In this document: positions 51,075 through 63,184 of the stretch, one piece after another
Layout: the number at the start of each line of letters is the position of its first letter
Position numbering within the stretch: the first letter of the stretch is position 1
Source: Eledone cirrhosa
Taxonomy: Eukaryota
Direction: 5' to 3'
Assembly: GCA_964016885.1 (NCBI GenBank)
Contig: OZ024740.1
Coordinates: 82,088,001-82,152,000 of the forward strand
Length of the DNA stretch: 64,000 bases
Translations under genes and position numbers: made by a program
Notes under the pieces: generated by a model
The model's input: the letters and a program-made list of their open reading frames with translations, nothing else
Database searches by the model: none
Told to the model about the DNA's origin: nothing

Positions 51075-51081
<7 letters not shown>
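50443..51081 (+). repeat. 592-bp unit with ~45-bp terminal direct repeat and internal hammerhead; retrozyme/pLTR-like
   Basis: atgtgtgtgtccgcatgtatctgtgtgtttctaaatatatt at ~50449 and ~51041. Confidence 0.8.
50755..50844 (+). ncRNA. Type I hammerhead ribozyme, U3-A8 core variant
   Basis: tcctc-TTGATAA-gtcggcagac...gtctatgccac-GAAA-ctatatag-TC-gagga; palindromic stem III; GUC triplet, predicted cut after 50839. Confidence 0.82.
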
Positions 51082-51146
<65 letters not shown>

Positions 51147-51379
51147 CATATATATATATAAGTTTCGGAATTAAGAGTATTCCGCAGTTCACAGTAATAA
51201 CAATAATATTAGCTTCAAGAAGAATAGAGAATTTTCTTCTGAGCTCAAATAGAAATATATTACACCAAGAGAAGTGTAGGGTTGAACTGGAGGCATTGGA
51301 AGATGCGGAGGATTGTGCGGTGGAGGGGTAGGGTAGAAGGTGGTCGTTGATGGGGAAGGGGAGACGGTGGATGGGTGGT

Positions 51380-51708
51380 GGAGTGGTGGACAGCACGGGC
51401 GCTAGTGAGGGCGGTGTAGTCGATGGTAACCTCTGCGCATGAAATGGCTGACTGAAGGGATTGAGACTCAAAGTCACCATCTCGGCTGCAAACGCGGCGG
51501 GTCCTGAGGAGTTGGGAGTAGGAATAAAGTGTTTAGTGTGTGTGGGGTGGGAGGAGGTGAAGTCGAGGTAGGAGTGGGAGTCAGTGGGTTTGAAGAAGGC
51601 GGAGGTGACGAGGGAGGGGTCGGAGGTGTCAATGGCGACGGAGATGTTTAAGAATTGTTCGTGGGTGGAGAAGATAGAGGTGGTGAAGTGGAGGGTGGGG
51701 TAGTTATT
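51380..51708 (-). pseudogene. Penelope-like element reverse transcriptase fragment (palm end/thumb)
   Basis: Manual translation PTLHFTTS...FLNISV...TSAFFKPTDSHSYLDFTSSHPTHTKHFIP / YSQLLRTRRVCSRDGDF matches the PLE KPT..H.YL..SSHP...IPYSQ..R..R.CS signature. Confidence 0.85.
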
Positions 51709-51711
51709 TAG

Positions 51712-52048
51712 GTTACAGCCGTACTAAGAGTTAGAAATGAAATTTCGTTTCATTTATTCCGTTTATCGTCTTCGGTACGCCGGCCGATTAACTCACTCGA
51801 TATGAAAATTAGTCTGCTCAGCCGTTAATATGCATAATGAAAGTATATACTTTCAGACGTTCAATCATCTGGCAGGAAGGTATACGTTGCTGACGATAGC
51901 TAATAAGCTGGAAACTAGTACAGCGTTCCTTTGTCAGGGTTGAACAAATGAGCAACGATGGTTGCTAGACACTGTGTGTCTTAATTCTGGATGTTTGTTT
52001 ACAAACACACCGAGCATTTTAATAAATGTTCGGTGAATCCATACGTAC

Positions 52049-52079
<31 letters not shown>

Positions 52080-52645
52080 CATGTATGTATATATATATAT
52101 ACATACTACTGTACGCCTGTATACATATATGTATGTACGTATACATACTTATATTTAAGTAACAGCCGTACTAAGAGTGAGAAATGAAATTTCGTTTCAT
52201 TTTTTTCCGTTTATCATTTTCGGTACCCCGGCCGATTAACTCACTCGATATGCAAATTAGGCTGCTCAGCCGTTAATATGCATAAGGAAAGTATATACTT
52301 TCAGACGTTCAATTATCTGGCAGGAAGGTATACGTTGCTGACGATAGCTAATAAGCTGGAAACTAGTACAGCGTTCCTTTGTCAGGATTGAACAAATGAG
52401 CAACGATTGTTGCTAGACACTGTACGGCTTTATTCGGGATGTTTGTTTACAAACACACCGAGCATTATAATAAATGTTCGGTGAATCCATACGTACATAT
52501 ATATATGTGTGCATGTATGTATATATATATATACATACTACTGTACGTCTGTATACATATATGTATGTACGTATACTTACTTATATTTAAGTTACAGCCC
52601 TACTAGGAGTGAGAAATGAAATTTCGTTTCATTTTTTCGGTTTAT
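51712..52645 (+). repeat. ~440-bp tandem repeat (2.1 units), each with a minimal hammerhead
   Basis: Unit starts ~51713, 52160, 52592; HHRs at 51884-51926 and 52332-52374. Confidence 0.93.
51884..51926 (+). ncRNA. Minimal type I hammerhead with palindromic stem III (second copy 52332-52374)
   Basis: acgttg-CTGACGA-tagc(taataa)gctg-GAAA-ctag-TA-cagcgt. Confidence 0.88.
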
Positions 52646-53195
52646 ATATATATATATATATATATAACCTTTTTTTAAATTCGTGATGTTGCTATACTGT
52701 TGGTTTTTTCTATACTTGCCTGGGATAGCATCTAAAAAAAGAATTAATTACAATTTGACCCTTTGGCTTATATAACGAAGAACATCATGTAACAGATTCA
52801 ACCAAGTTATTGCTACGAAAATATAAGGATTATAGGAAATACACTAGGGAGCCATTAGATAAATGATGACTGGTGACACAATTACATGCATAAATCCAAG
52901 TGAAATATCGAGCAATTAAATCAAATATCACAATTCCAGACTAATTATGTACCACCCACTGAAACTGTCAGATAGCTTCTTAGCAATATCACTACATCAT
53001 ACTTTCGATCAACACCTGGCGTAATGTATCAGACAATGTTTGGTCCAATATTTCGCCAGCATCATGGAGGTCTTTTATTTGATATTAGCCAGTTGGTTGT
53101 TGAAACCACATGTCTATATGTCTAATATATATTACGTAACGGCCAACAGACCTACACGGAGTATACCATGGATGCATTTTATCGTATTATCTCTC

Positions 53196-54409
53196 TCTAT
53201 TTATATATAAAACAGAGGATGTCTGTCTGTCTGTCTAAATCGCTAAAACTCGATAAGTACCCGACCGATTTTTTTCAGACTTTACACATACGTTACTTAT
53301 ATTTCTTGAAGTGCAATCGGCTAAAAGTTTAATTGTTTCGGTCCTAGGGCCCGCAGTAGGCGAAAAACCGCATTTTTAGGCATTTTTATGCATTTTTTGA
53401 GGCGTAACTTAAAGTTAATCCACCGATTTCCTCGAAATTTGCAGCACACATTAGTTAGTCCCATCCCATTGTTATGTACAAAAGAAATTTCCGATTCCAT
53501 TCATGGTTTCTAGAAAATTTACGAATTAGCATTAGGCATTATATGTCATTTCTATTTTCAATATAAACACTACTTAAACATCATAAGTGGCGTATAATAT
53601 TTCGTTAAAAATTTCATTTATTTATCAGAGGAAACAACACTTACTTTCTTTTAAGCAGGACCATTTTTGGGGGATTGAGGAAATGAGGAGGACCTTAACA
53701 TTTTTGTAGGCGCCCTGTGACGCTTCGTGCTTTCATCACGCACAAATCCGGGCCCTGTGTACGTCATCGTTTTATTGACACCGTAAAAGTCACGTCTGTG
53801 CTACTTCTCCGAAGACCCCTTTTGTTGCACCTACACTGCAGTATGAACGCCCTGCGCAAGTACGCCGAGCAGTGGTCGTGCTAATTCCAGGGTGACCCCT
53901 TTTGTTGCCCCTTTGTTGCTGTGTAAACGCAATGCAACCAGTGCCGCCCAGCGTTTGTGCTAATTGCACTATGACCCCCTTCTGCTGCATCTGCGTTGCC
54001 ACGCTGATTTCGTCGTCTCAATAGCTCTACTTAAACGTACATCCCTACTTGGTTTTCACACAATTGACTACGTCGCTCTTCAGATGATGTCTGTCCGGAT
54101 GACTGGGTGCGAATCTATAACATTCGAAAAGTACCTAACCGATTTTTTCTCCAAATGGAAGAAAATTTATACTCTAAGATTTAGTACGCTTAAAGATTAT
54201 CGGATGCTGATTTTCTTCAGATTTTGAACCTGCATGCAGATGTTTCAGGATTCGAGCCTGCCGGTGTTTAACGTTTCCAGTAGATGAACAATCATTCCCT
54301 GATAATAAGGGAATTCAAAAAGTACACAGCTACATTCCTCAATCTTTGCATATGCGTGTTGCTATTTCACCTTTCCTACCTCGTGTAATGCCGGGTGCTG
54401 CTGTTAGTT
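53196..54409 (+). mobile_element. Non-autonomous Helitron-like element
   Basis: 5' tctatttatatataaaacagaggatgtctgtc nearly matches the Helitron 5' end at 40428; degenerate 3' end ...aatgccgggtgctgctgttag. Confidence 0.65.
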
Positions 54410-55224
54410 ATAATATAAAGTCATAACACCCCGTCTTCGTCATTATCTCAATACCCATACTCTCCTCTGCTATGTAGCAGCATATTTGGAGCCATACTAT
54501 AAACTCGTGACAATACTCTTTATGTCAAACACATGTTCTAAAGTATGAACTGGTAATTGTTGTGGAATTAACATATCTATTTATATATATATATATATAT
54601 ATCATAGGTATTGAACGCAGTTGTAGCCACATTAGAGCAAATACCATCGATTTGTTTGAGGCGGGTCAAAGCACTCAATTGTGCAAAACGTTAATATATC
54701 TTTGTCCAAAGTAAGCACAAAGTTAAGAAAGAGAGAACAGTGCATATGCAAGTCATATTTACACAAAACTATTGTTCGTTCAATAACATCCAATATAGTT
54801 CTGCCGTGACCAAACAGGGAAGCATTATACTGTAGTAGTAAATTCCCTTGGTCATCACATGACCTCTCTGAACAGAGTAATATCATGTGGCCGAACTTTA
54901 TTCTGTTAAATTCAAGGCGAGAACAAAGGGATTTTCACGACCTCAAAAAGGCTTTCAACTAGTGTTTATCAACAAAGAATAATTTTTACTTTATTAATTA
55001 CTTCATTATATAAAATTTGGATAATAATAATAGGTCTAAATAGAAATTGTAGTCAGATTAAAGTAGATACCAATCAAATTGTTTCAGTCGATCACAAAAC
55101 ACTCAATGGGGAGAAACGGTAATTTATTTTCGGCCGGAGTAAACACAAAGTTCTGTATTCGGATTCATTGCTTGGTGCATATATTTGCACAATCAACAGA
55201 TACCTATTTTTCTGTATAAGCTTC

Positions 55225-55520
55225 AAGAGTCAAATCCTCCTCCCTAATGGTATCCAGTCCATAACAGATTCTGAGAGCCGCGGACTTCTGAGTATCCCCA
55301 CTTCCTCCTGTGCAGTAATTTCTGGCGCCACACTTGAATAGTGGAATTTCCGTATTCCTTTCAAATCTACAATATCAGATCCACGGAACATTGTTGAAGA
55401 AATACAGACTATATCTAGCCGCATCTACGAGATCCTGCTCTTTACCTGCAAGTGCTGTGATGCTCCAGGTTCCAATTAGCAAGGTTTGCACTCTTCCGAG
55501 CCGTTTTTGTGGTGTGTAGA
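55225..55520 (-). pseudogene. RTE-clade APE endonuclease N-terminal relic
   Basis: LLIGTWSITALAGKEQDLVD / LDIVCISST...VGIL.SPRL...WIPLGRRI. Confidence 0.7.
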
Positions 55521-55789
55521 TACGCAATCTTTTATGATCTATCCCACGCCTCCTAGGACATGTCGCAGGCCCATCGTCAGTTTTTGCGACATAAAATGTA
55601 GACACCAATATATGTTTCGAATAGGCCCCTCTTCTTAAGACTTCAACGTGTCGCCTTGTTAACACATGCGAAGAACGAAGCGGTTTGATTCGTTTCCATT
55701 CCTCACACCTTATGGCAATGTTGGTGGTCTTATTCTAACCATTTACAAACATGGTAATGTCACAAACCCACGAAGACTGCTTCTGTAGA

Positions 55790-56060
55790 GGTGGCATTTA
55801 CTCACCTCTTCATGGCTACATCACTGGGTTATGAGAGGTTTCTTCGGAGCAACAGGTGTCACTCATTTGGAGCAAATTTACTCAATGAATTGCGTAGCTC
55901 AGAGGTCAGAGAGTCAATTCAGATAGAGACACACCTTCTCCGAATTGAGATATTACAGTTACGAGATATGGGCATGTGTCTAAAATCTCTCAGGAAAGTA
56001 TTGCTGCAGTGATTTTACGGGCAAATTCAGCCAGCAGGAGATCCAGGTTGGATCTGAAAG
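55790..56060 (+). pseudogene. RTE-clade ORF C-terminal relic
   Basis: LLNELRSSEVRESIQIETHLLRIEILQLR resembles the RTE C-terminal domain. Confidence 0.55.
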
Positions 56061-56105
56061 GATGTTTGAAGAACCCGCCCCAAAAAGCTCTCATGAATTA
56101 GTTGG

Positions 56106-56153
<48 letters not shown>

Positions 56154-56395
56154 TTTTCTTTATTAACCACAAGGGTTCACATAAAGTAGACATTAAGGAC
56201 AGTACAGGACAATACAGGACGGTACAAATGGGCATTTCTGCGTGTAAAAAAACAGAGGTTGAAATAAAATAACAAAGAAAAATTCCCCAATAGGGGGGAG
56301 ACTTCCAAGGGACATTTGTGGAGAAAGCCCATTAAAAGACCACAGTGGCCCTGACCACCAGGGCAAGTGCCCTCTCCCAGTTTTCCACCTTTAAT

Positions 56396-59300
56396 TTACA
56401 GACACATACTCAGAGAAGGCCCATTCATTCGGGCCATACTTGCTTCTCTCACCCATCTTTCAACAAAATGCTGGGAAGAGAGCACTTCCCTCTCTACCCT
56501 GATTTTCCTTTTCAAATGAAATTTGAAAAAGTTAATCAGGGCATCACCGAAGAGGTAAGTGCTCGTCTTCAGCCCTTTCAAACGTGTCCACCATACTATC
56601 TCTTTCGCCATGGCCACCAGACAGATAAAAACTGCCTGCCCTTCCAGGCTAAAGGAAGGGGGTGGGGCAATCCTCACGATGGACTCAGCTGATAGCTGGA
56701 TCCGTCCTACACGTGACAGCAGGTGTTCGACATAAACCCACAAGTCAGCAATGCTCGGACACTGGAGGAGTGCGTGCAGGACGGTTTCGTCGCCCTGCGC
56801 GCATCTCGGACATGCCCGGCTGACGGCACCTCCATGCCTGTAGAGTTTATCCCGAACTGGCAAAGCTCCTCGGTAGCCCTGCCAGGCCAGGGATTTCTGG
56901 AAGTTGTCCATAGGCCCCGGCCCGAAAGTCCTTCCGAAGAGATTGGCTAGTTGATTTTCGTCGACGCCTAGAGTTTCTCCAAGTACGTCGTCGCTCTTAC
57001 CCTCCACTAATCCCCTATAGAACGCCAAGGTGGAGTTTCCACCGATCACATTGCCCGATTGGTCGAGGGCTGTGAGCGCCTGAAGACATTCCAGTCTCCA
57101 AGCGCTCCCTCTCGGTCTTCGCTTGACCCAGGACTGCAGCTCCGTCAAGGAGACGAGCTGGGGAAAAACGTGTCTTGCAAACGGCGACCACACCTGATCA
57201 CCGTCGAGGAAGAGGTGGAGATGTCGTAGCCTGAGCGCGTGTCTGCGCATCATCAGCCACGGCATGCCCAGCCCTCCACGTAGCGGGTGTTGACAGCAGA
57301 TGGACCGCCTGACCATCGGAGCGCGTCCCTTCCACAAGAAGCGAAAGAGCAAACGCTCCAGCGCAGTCAGGCGGGGCTTAGGACAAGGTACGACGGTCAG
57401 GCGGTAGTAGATGACGGATACGATGTACGCATTCGCCACCTCCGCTCGACCTTTTAGGGATAGCTTCCACTCGGCCCATTTCTGGGTGAGAGAAGCCACC
57501 CTGCTCGTCACCTCGTCCCAGTTTTTGTCCGTCTGGAGGTCTGGACCGAACCAGACCCCTAGCAATTTAACCGGTCCGTCCGTCCAGCGCCCGACGACGC
57601 TGTTGGACGGCATGGACCTGCCTCTCCAGGTGCCGAGCTGCAGGCCCACTGACTTTTCCTGGTTGATCATTGCTCCTGTCACCGCTTCGTATTCTCTTAG
57701 TGTAGTGCCGATCGCCTCGATGTGTTTGGCGTTCGACACCACTACGGTGACATCGTCGGCATATGCTGACACGGATCTTGCGCATCCTAGTTCGCGCGGG
57801 ACCCCCCTCAACGTCTCCAGTTTGTGCAGTAATGGCTCGAGAGTCAATACGTACAATAGGGTCGAGAGGGGACATCCTTGGCGGACCGAGCGCATGATGT
57901 TGAACGGTTCCGAAAGGTGACCGTTCACTCTCACTACAGAGCAGATGTCGCTGTGCATGGCAGCGATCCAGCCTCTGAAGACGGGCCCAAAGCCAGCCGC
58001 CCTCAGAACTGCCGCTAGGTAACGATGGTCGACCCTATCGAAGGCTTTCGACTGATCTAAATTGATCAAAGACCCACCCGTGCCAGGTTCCCTAGCTACC
58101 CTCTCTACGATGTATCGCATGAGGTGGAGGTTGTCGTGGATGGATCTGTCGGGAATGGCGCATGTCTGTGCCTCTCCCACCAGACCACCAACGACAAGCG
58201 CCAACCTCTTTGCTAGCACCTTGGCCAAAATCTTGAACTCTGTGTTTAGCAGAGTTATGGGCCTAAAATTATCTATGTTATCCCCCTTGTTCGGATCCTT
58301 TCTCAGCAGCGCCACCGCTCCTCGGCTCACAGAGCTGAGAATTCTCCCGTTCTGTTGCCAGTTGCAGTAGACGTTCGCCAAGAGGCCTCCGAACAAGTTT
58401 GGCATTTGTACGTAAAGTTCATAGGGCAGGCCATCCAAACCAGGCGATTTGCCCCTTGTGCAACTAGTCATTGCATCCCGTACTTCAGCGGTTGTTATCG
58501 GCTTTTCGCAACACTCCGCCTCAGTGGCCGAAAGCCGCGGCAGTCCGTCGAGGTAGACACTAAAGTCCATCCCTCGATCCGGCCCGCCACTGCCCCCGAA
58601 CAGTTGAGCGAAGTGTCGCTGAAAAGCTTCACACATTTGCCCGGGATCGAGTAGCATGCGCCCGTCGTGGTCCACCAAAGACCGGATCGTGGCTTTGTTG
58701 CCACGACGCGCCTCCGCCACTCGGGCCCATTCAACGGCTTTCGTCCCCTCGTGTCTGAGAGCACGCACCCTAGCTCTGACAACGCAGCCTTCGTGCTTTG
58801 CATTGAAGAATTGGTCAAGGGCCAATTTCGCCGCAAGTACGTCGGTCGCGATGCCTTTGCTAAGCGCCTCATCTAATTTTCTAACTAATTCTCCCTCTGC
58901 TCTATTTTTCTCTATTGCTAAAGTCTTACTAAACCTAATGGACTTTATTCTAATTGCTCTTTTCAGAGCAAACCACCACTTGTTGTTGACGATGGCCCCC
59001 GTCAACGCCCGCTTAACTAGTTCGCTAATCCGGTCTCTGTAGGCCTTGCGCGCTGGTAAGGACGCGTTTAGCTTCCAGTAGACGGGTCCTCGTCTATGAA
59101 GCCTATCTAAGTCAAGCACACAGATCACGAATTTGTGGTCCGTGTAGCTGACTATCTTGAATTGTGGACAGCCTATGCTAGACCTATCTATTTCCCTACA
59201 AAATACTCTATCTAGATATGATCTGGATGACCCTATGCGATTTGTCCAAGTCCACATTGGTACATTCGGGAAATTCATTCGGTACCTGTCAGACAGTTCA

Positions 59301-59815
59301 AAACGTCTGAGCAGGTTGGTGAGACTCTTGCACCCTCCTTCCCTATCCACTAATCCCACACAATCCCAGCGTGCATCTAAGATCCCGTTCCAGTCGCCCA
59401 CTAACACTAAAGAGCGGGACGTTCCAAGAAAGGTCTCCAGACGCCGGAAGAAATCAGGCCGCCCTGCTCCTGTCGGGGCATAGACGGCCACTAACCTGAA
59501 AGCTTGCCCGTCTCCGCTGGTCACGTCCAGCACCACCAACTTACCTTCTGGGTCCAGGAAGATGGCCCGTATGGCAAGATCCAAACCTCTCCGAAAAAGC
59601 ACAGCAACTCCTCCCCCCGATCCCGGACGGCTGGGAGATGCGTACACATCGTAGCCGCCGAAGATCGGTGCGAAAGCCTGTGCTTCGGAGATTCTGGTCT
59701 CGCTGATGGCCACTACATCTATGTTTAGTGACCTGAGGTCGTTGAGCAGGTGGCCCTGCTTCCATGACGACCCCAAGCCACGCGCATTTATGCTGCCTAT
59801 TCTGAGTGAGGTCAT
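56396..59815 (-). CDS. LINE ORF2: APE endonuclease + reverse transcriptase + Cys-rich domain, 1139 aa, uninterrupted
   Basis: SINARGL, ISET, VYAP, GDWN, YLDR, TDH; KSPGLDG, LDQSKAFDRV, RQGCPLS, YADD; CPRC...H...C. Confidence 0.96.
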   Translation of the reverse strand: MTSLRIGSINARGLGSSWKQGHLLNDLRSLNIDVVAISETRISEAQAFAPIFGGYDVYASPSRPGSGGGVAVLFRRGLDLAIRAIFLDPEGKLVVLDVTSGDGQAFRLVAVYAPTGAGRPDFFRRLETFLGTSRSLVLVGDWNGILDARWDCVGLVDREGGCKSLTNLLRRFELSDRYRMNFPNVPMWTWTNRIGSSRSYLDRVFCREIDRSSIGCPQFKIVSYTDHKFVICVLDLDRLHRRGPVYWKLNASLPARKAYRDRISELVKRALTGAIVNNKWWFALKRAIRIKSIRFSKTLAIEKNRAEGELVRKLDEALSKGIATDVLAAKLALDQFFNAKHEGCVVRARVRALRHEGTKAVEWARVAEARRGNKATIRSLVDHDGRMLLDPGQMCEAFQRHFAQLFGGSGGPDRGMDFSVYLDGLPRLSATEAECCEKPITTAEVRDAMTSCTRGKSPGLDGLPYELYVQMPNLFGGLLANVYCNWQQNGRILSSVSRGAVALLRKDPNKGDNIDNFRPITLLNTEFKILAKVLAKRLALVVGGLVGEAQTCAIPDRSIHDNLHLMRYIVERVAREPGTGGSLINLDQSKAFDRVDHRYLAAVLRAAGFGPVFRGWIAAMHSDICSVVRVNGHLSEPFNIMRSVRQGCPLSTLLYVLTLEPLLHKLETLRGVPRELGCARSVSAYADDVTVVVSNAKHIEAIGTTLREYEAVTGAMINQEKSVGLQLGTWRGRSMPSNSVVGRWTDGPVKLLGVWFGPDLQTDKNWDEVTSRVASLTQKWAEWKLSLKGRAEVANAYIVSVIYYRLTVVPCPKPRLTALERLLFRFLWKGRAPMVRRSICCQHPLRGGLGMPWLMMRRHALRLRHLHLFLDGDQVWSPFARHVFPQLVSLTELQSWVKRRPRGSAWRLECLQALTALDQSGNVIGGNSTLAFYRGLVEGKSDDVLGETLGVDENQLANLFGRTFGPGPMDNFQKSLAWQGYRGALPVRDKLYRHGGAVSRACPRCAQGDETVLHALLQCPSIADLWVYVEHLLSRVGRIQLSAESIVRIAPPPSFSLEGQAVFICLVAMAKEIVWWTRLKGLKTSTYLFGDALINFFKFHLKRKIRVEREVLSSQHFVERWVREASMARMNGPSLSMCL

Positions 59816-59849
59816 GTTGAAAAGGAGTGGAAAAGATGGGAAAGACCAC

Positions 59850-61834
59850 TTACCTTACTTCTCGTAGGGGAAGGACGGCTTTTCCATCCTTTTCACTGCT
59901 TGTGGCCTCCTCAGGAAGGATGTCCTTATAAATCCTCCTGGAGAGTGCTTGTCGGAAGTCTCCGATGTCTTTGGGGAATTTTTGTTTTAGTGTCATGTAC
60001 GTTTTCTGTGTGATGCGAGTGATTTGTATGTGTGGAGGTGGTGTGAATTTTGGGGTTGTTGTGTAGTCTTTTTCTGTGATGCTGGTGTTGTGTTGGATGT
60101 AGTGTAATAATTGCTTGTTGTTCAAATTTAATGCTGTGTAGTGTGTATCGTTTTGGTTGTTTTGTTTTGTTTGCGTTTGTTGTGGGTTTGTTTCTGTTTC
60201 GAATTTTGGTGACTTTTGTGATGTAGGTGATGGTGGTGCTGGGGATAATTATGGTGATGTTGTTGGTGTTTGGGTTGATGGGGTTGGTGATGCTGGTGTG
60301 GATGGTGGCATATCTGTCCTAACTTTTTTGTTTCTTAGTTTATTTGTTTCCCTCTGTATTTTGTTTTTGGAGGGGGAAGGAAGAGAATTTTTTCTTTTTT
60401 GGTTTCTTTTTTTTTTTCCGGATATCGTTTCCCACTCCTCGTCGTCACAATCTGTCTCCAGTTGTGATAGGCCGGGGAGTGGAAAATCCTCCACAGCCGT
60501 TAGTTTTGGTTGTGGTGTGGTGGATGGTGTAGGCGCTGGTGCTAGTTCTGAAGCGTTGGGTGGTGGTGGTGTTGGTTTTGCTGGTGGTGGTAGTGGTGTT
60601 GGTTTTGCTACTGTTGCTGGGGTTGTTGCTGTTATAGTTGCTTCTGTTGTTGCTGCTACAGTTGTTGCTGCCATCTCTGCTACTGGTGGTGTTGATGGTT
60701 TTGTCACTGGGGTGGGTAGGAGAGGTGGCCTCAACCTTTTAGCCTGAGGGCAGAAAGCCCTTAGGTGGGTTCCTTCACCACAAACGACACACCTAGGTCT
60801 TCTGCCCTCGACAATTACCGTGAGGTGGCTGCCATCAGTGAGGTCTATTACCGCTGGGATCTCCTCAATGCTTTTTTGGTCCGCTTGGATCAGGAGCTCC
60901 ATCCCAGATCCGGACCAGTTTTCCTGCTTTTCTTTTGCTATTGTTATTATTTTCGTGTTGGCCTCGTTGCCGGCGATGACAGCCGCTATTAGCCAGGGAA
61001 TTTCGATGGCCGGTGGAACGTGGGTCACCCTGATCTTTACGAGTCTCTGGCCACAATAGCTTGGGACGAGTGTGAAGTCGTCACTTTTTAATGGGGCCAT
61101 GGAGTGTTCTCTAGCCTCCTCTGGTGTTTCAAAGAACACATCTACGGTTCCATACTTTTGCCCACGTCTGATGTGGGTTTTTCTTGCCCACACATGTCCC
61201 AAAGCTTTTTGGATTTGGGACTCGGATGCCCGTTCCACTCGGCGCGATTTTACATTTATTGTTCTATACGACACGGTGCATAGGCGCCGATGCTCCATTT
61301 TATTAGGTGGGGGGGGGGGGGGGGGGTGAGGCTGACCCTGTACCCATCTTTCTTTACCATTTGTTTGGCATTTTCTAAATCTTCTTGAGTTACCGTGAAC
61401 GCTTCGAATTGTTTTGCTACGATGGCGAAACTGAGGGTCGGTTTTATAATGTCATTGTTGTTGTTGTTGCTAGCGTTAATATTAATTTTATTTTCAGTTG
61501 TGGTGGTGCTGACGTCAGTCGTCTTTGGTGGGGAAGAGTCCATTTTGCTTGATTTCATTTCGACGTCACGAGTTACTTTATTTTTTTCTTCTTTTGTTTC
61601 TGTCGTCGCGGTGGTGGTTGTCGCGGTGGTGGTGGTGGTGGAGGGTTTAACACCTGCAGTCATTGGTAATGGCGGGAAATGAATGTCTGCCTGAGACAAA
61701 TTTAAAATATTGCTACTGCTTATATTTTTTTTTGTGTTGGCAAACGTAGTAACATTTACAATGGTGGTGTCGGTGTGAGGTGTTATTTTGTGAGGAAGGC
61801 TTTCAGCTGCTTCGTGCAGAGGGGAATTAGCCAT
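59850..61834 (-). pseudogene. LINE ORF1 (gag-like, CCHC knuckle, Pro/Thr-rich), broken by a frameshift and an in-frame stop
   Basis: CVVCGEGTHLRAFC = CX2CX4HX4C; frameshift at G18 run 61309-61326; TAA at 60249-60251 is in frame with ORF 59850-60125. Confidence 0.85.
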
Positions 61835-62043
61835 TTTTTTTCAAAGAAATTTTTGGATAATAATAAAAGTTAAAATTTTGGGCACAAGGCCCCAATCTTT
61901 TTGGGTGTCCTTTTCGGAAAACAATGTATGTGTGCTTATAAACAGTTTACAATAAAATTTTCCATAAATGGCAATTTTTAAACAAACGGAAATAACAAAC
62001 CTTTGCGGAGTTCACGATAATACGATTTCCTACGTAGGTCGCC

Positions 62044-62076
<33 letters not shown>

Positions 62077-62127
62077 CAATGACTGAGATTCAAGGAATAA
62101 CAATGATAATAATAATAATAATAGTAA

Positions 62128-62640
62128 ACAATTTACCACATTCTGAGAAGTGGTATGAGCATAAGGCAGAGTCGGTGATAGAAAGCGATCAGGTGAAGGT
62201 GCTGTGGGATTTTAGGGTACAGACGGACAAGAAACTGGAACACAATAGACCTGACCTGGTGGTTTTGGACAAAAAAAAAAGATCGTGCCTGATTGTGGAT
62301 GTGGCCTGCGCATTCGACACAAGAGTGCAAGAGAAGGAGAGGGAAAAAATTAACCGATACCAGGAATTAAAGTGGGAGGTAAAAAGGATATGGAACTGCC
62401 ATGAAGTCAAAGTGGCCCCGATTGTCATAGGCGCAATAGGTACTATCTCAAAAATGTTTCCAGGGAGGGTTAAAGAAAATTGGCCCCACCATGCTTTTTG
62501 GAATGCTTCAAAAGGCATGCTTGCTGGGAACAGCAAGAACCCTCCGATACGTCCTGAATATCTGAGGCTGCAGGTAATGGCTTGATATTCATTTCAACAA
62601 ACTTTCCAGTTAACTAACATCAATGACTGAGACTCAAAGA
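62128..62640 (+). mobile_element. 3' fragment of an R4/Dong-like non-LTR element (RLE endonuclease) with (AAT)n flanks
   Basis: KWYEH, KVLWDFRVQTD, HNRPDLVV, IVDVA, KEREKINRY, PIVIGAIG. Confidence 0.88.
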
Positions 62641-62674
62641 ACAACAATAATAATAATAATAATAATAATAATAT

Positions 62675-63114
62675 GTGTGCTATGGGATTTTAGGATACAG
62701 AAGGACAAGAAACTGGAACACAATAGGCCTGACCTGGTGGTTTTGGACAAGGAAAAAAGATTGTGCCTGATTGTAGATGTAGCCTTCCCATTTGACACAA
62801 AGTGCAAGAAAAGGAGAGGGAGAAAATTAACCGATACCAGGACTTAAAGTGGGAGGTAAAAAGGATTTGGAATTGCCATGAAGTCAAAGTTGCCCCAATT
62901 GTCATAGGCGCACTAGGTACTATCTCAAAAAGTTTCCAAGGATGGTTAAAGAAAATTAGTCCAGCCTCGCTTTTTGGAACACTTCAAAAGGCATGCTTTC
63001 TGGGAACAGCAGAAAACCTCCGATACGTCCTGAATATCTTAGGCTGCAGGTAACGGCTTGATATTCATTTCAACAAACTTTCCAGTTAAATAACATCAAT
63101 GACTGAGACTCAAA

Positions 63115-63115
<1 letters not shown>
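62675..63115 (+). mobile_element. Second tandem R4/Dong-like 3' fragment
   Basis: Same motifs and same 3' UTR end caatgactgagactcaaag followed by (AAT)n. Confidence 0.88.
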
Positions 63116-63160
<45 letters not shown>

Positions 63161-63184
63161 TATAATAATAATATTAATAATAAT

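Larger units (their letters stand above)
56153..62043 (-). mobile_element. Full-length (~5.9 kb) Tx1/L1-clade LINE flanked on both sides by (AAT)n
   Basis: (AAT)n at 56106-56152 and 62044-62076; 5' UTR, ORF1, ORF2, 3' UTR with AATAAA. Confidence 0.95.

Noticed and set aside
56345-61682. Numerous plus-strand ORFs overlapping LINEs
   Set aside because: Antisense shadows of GC-rich retrotransposon coding sequence
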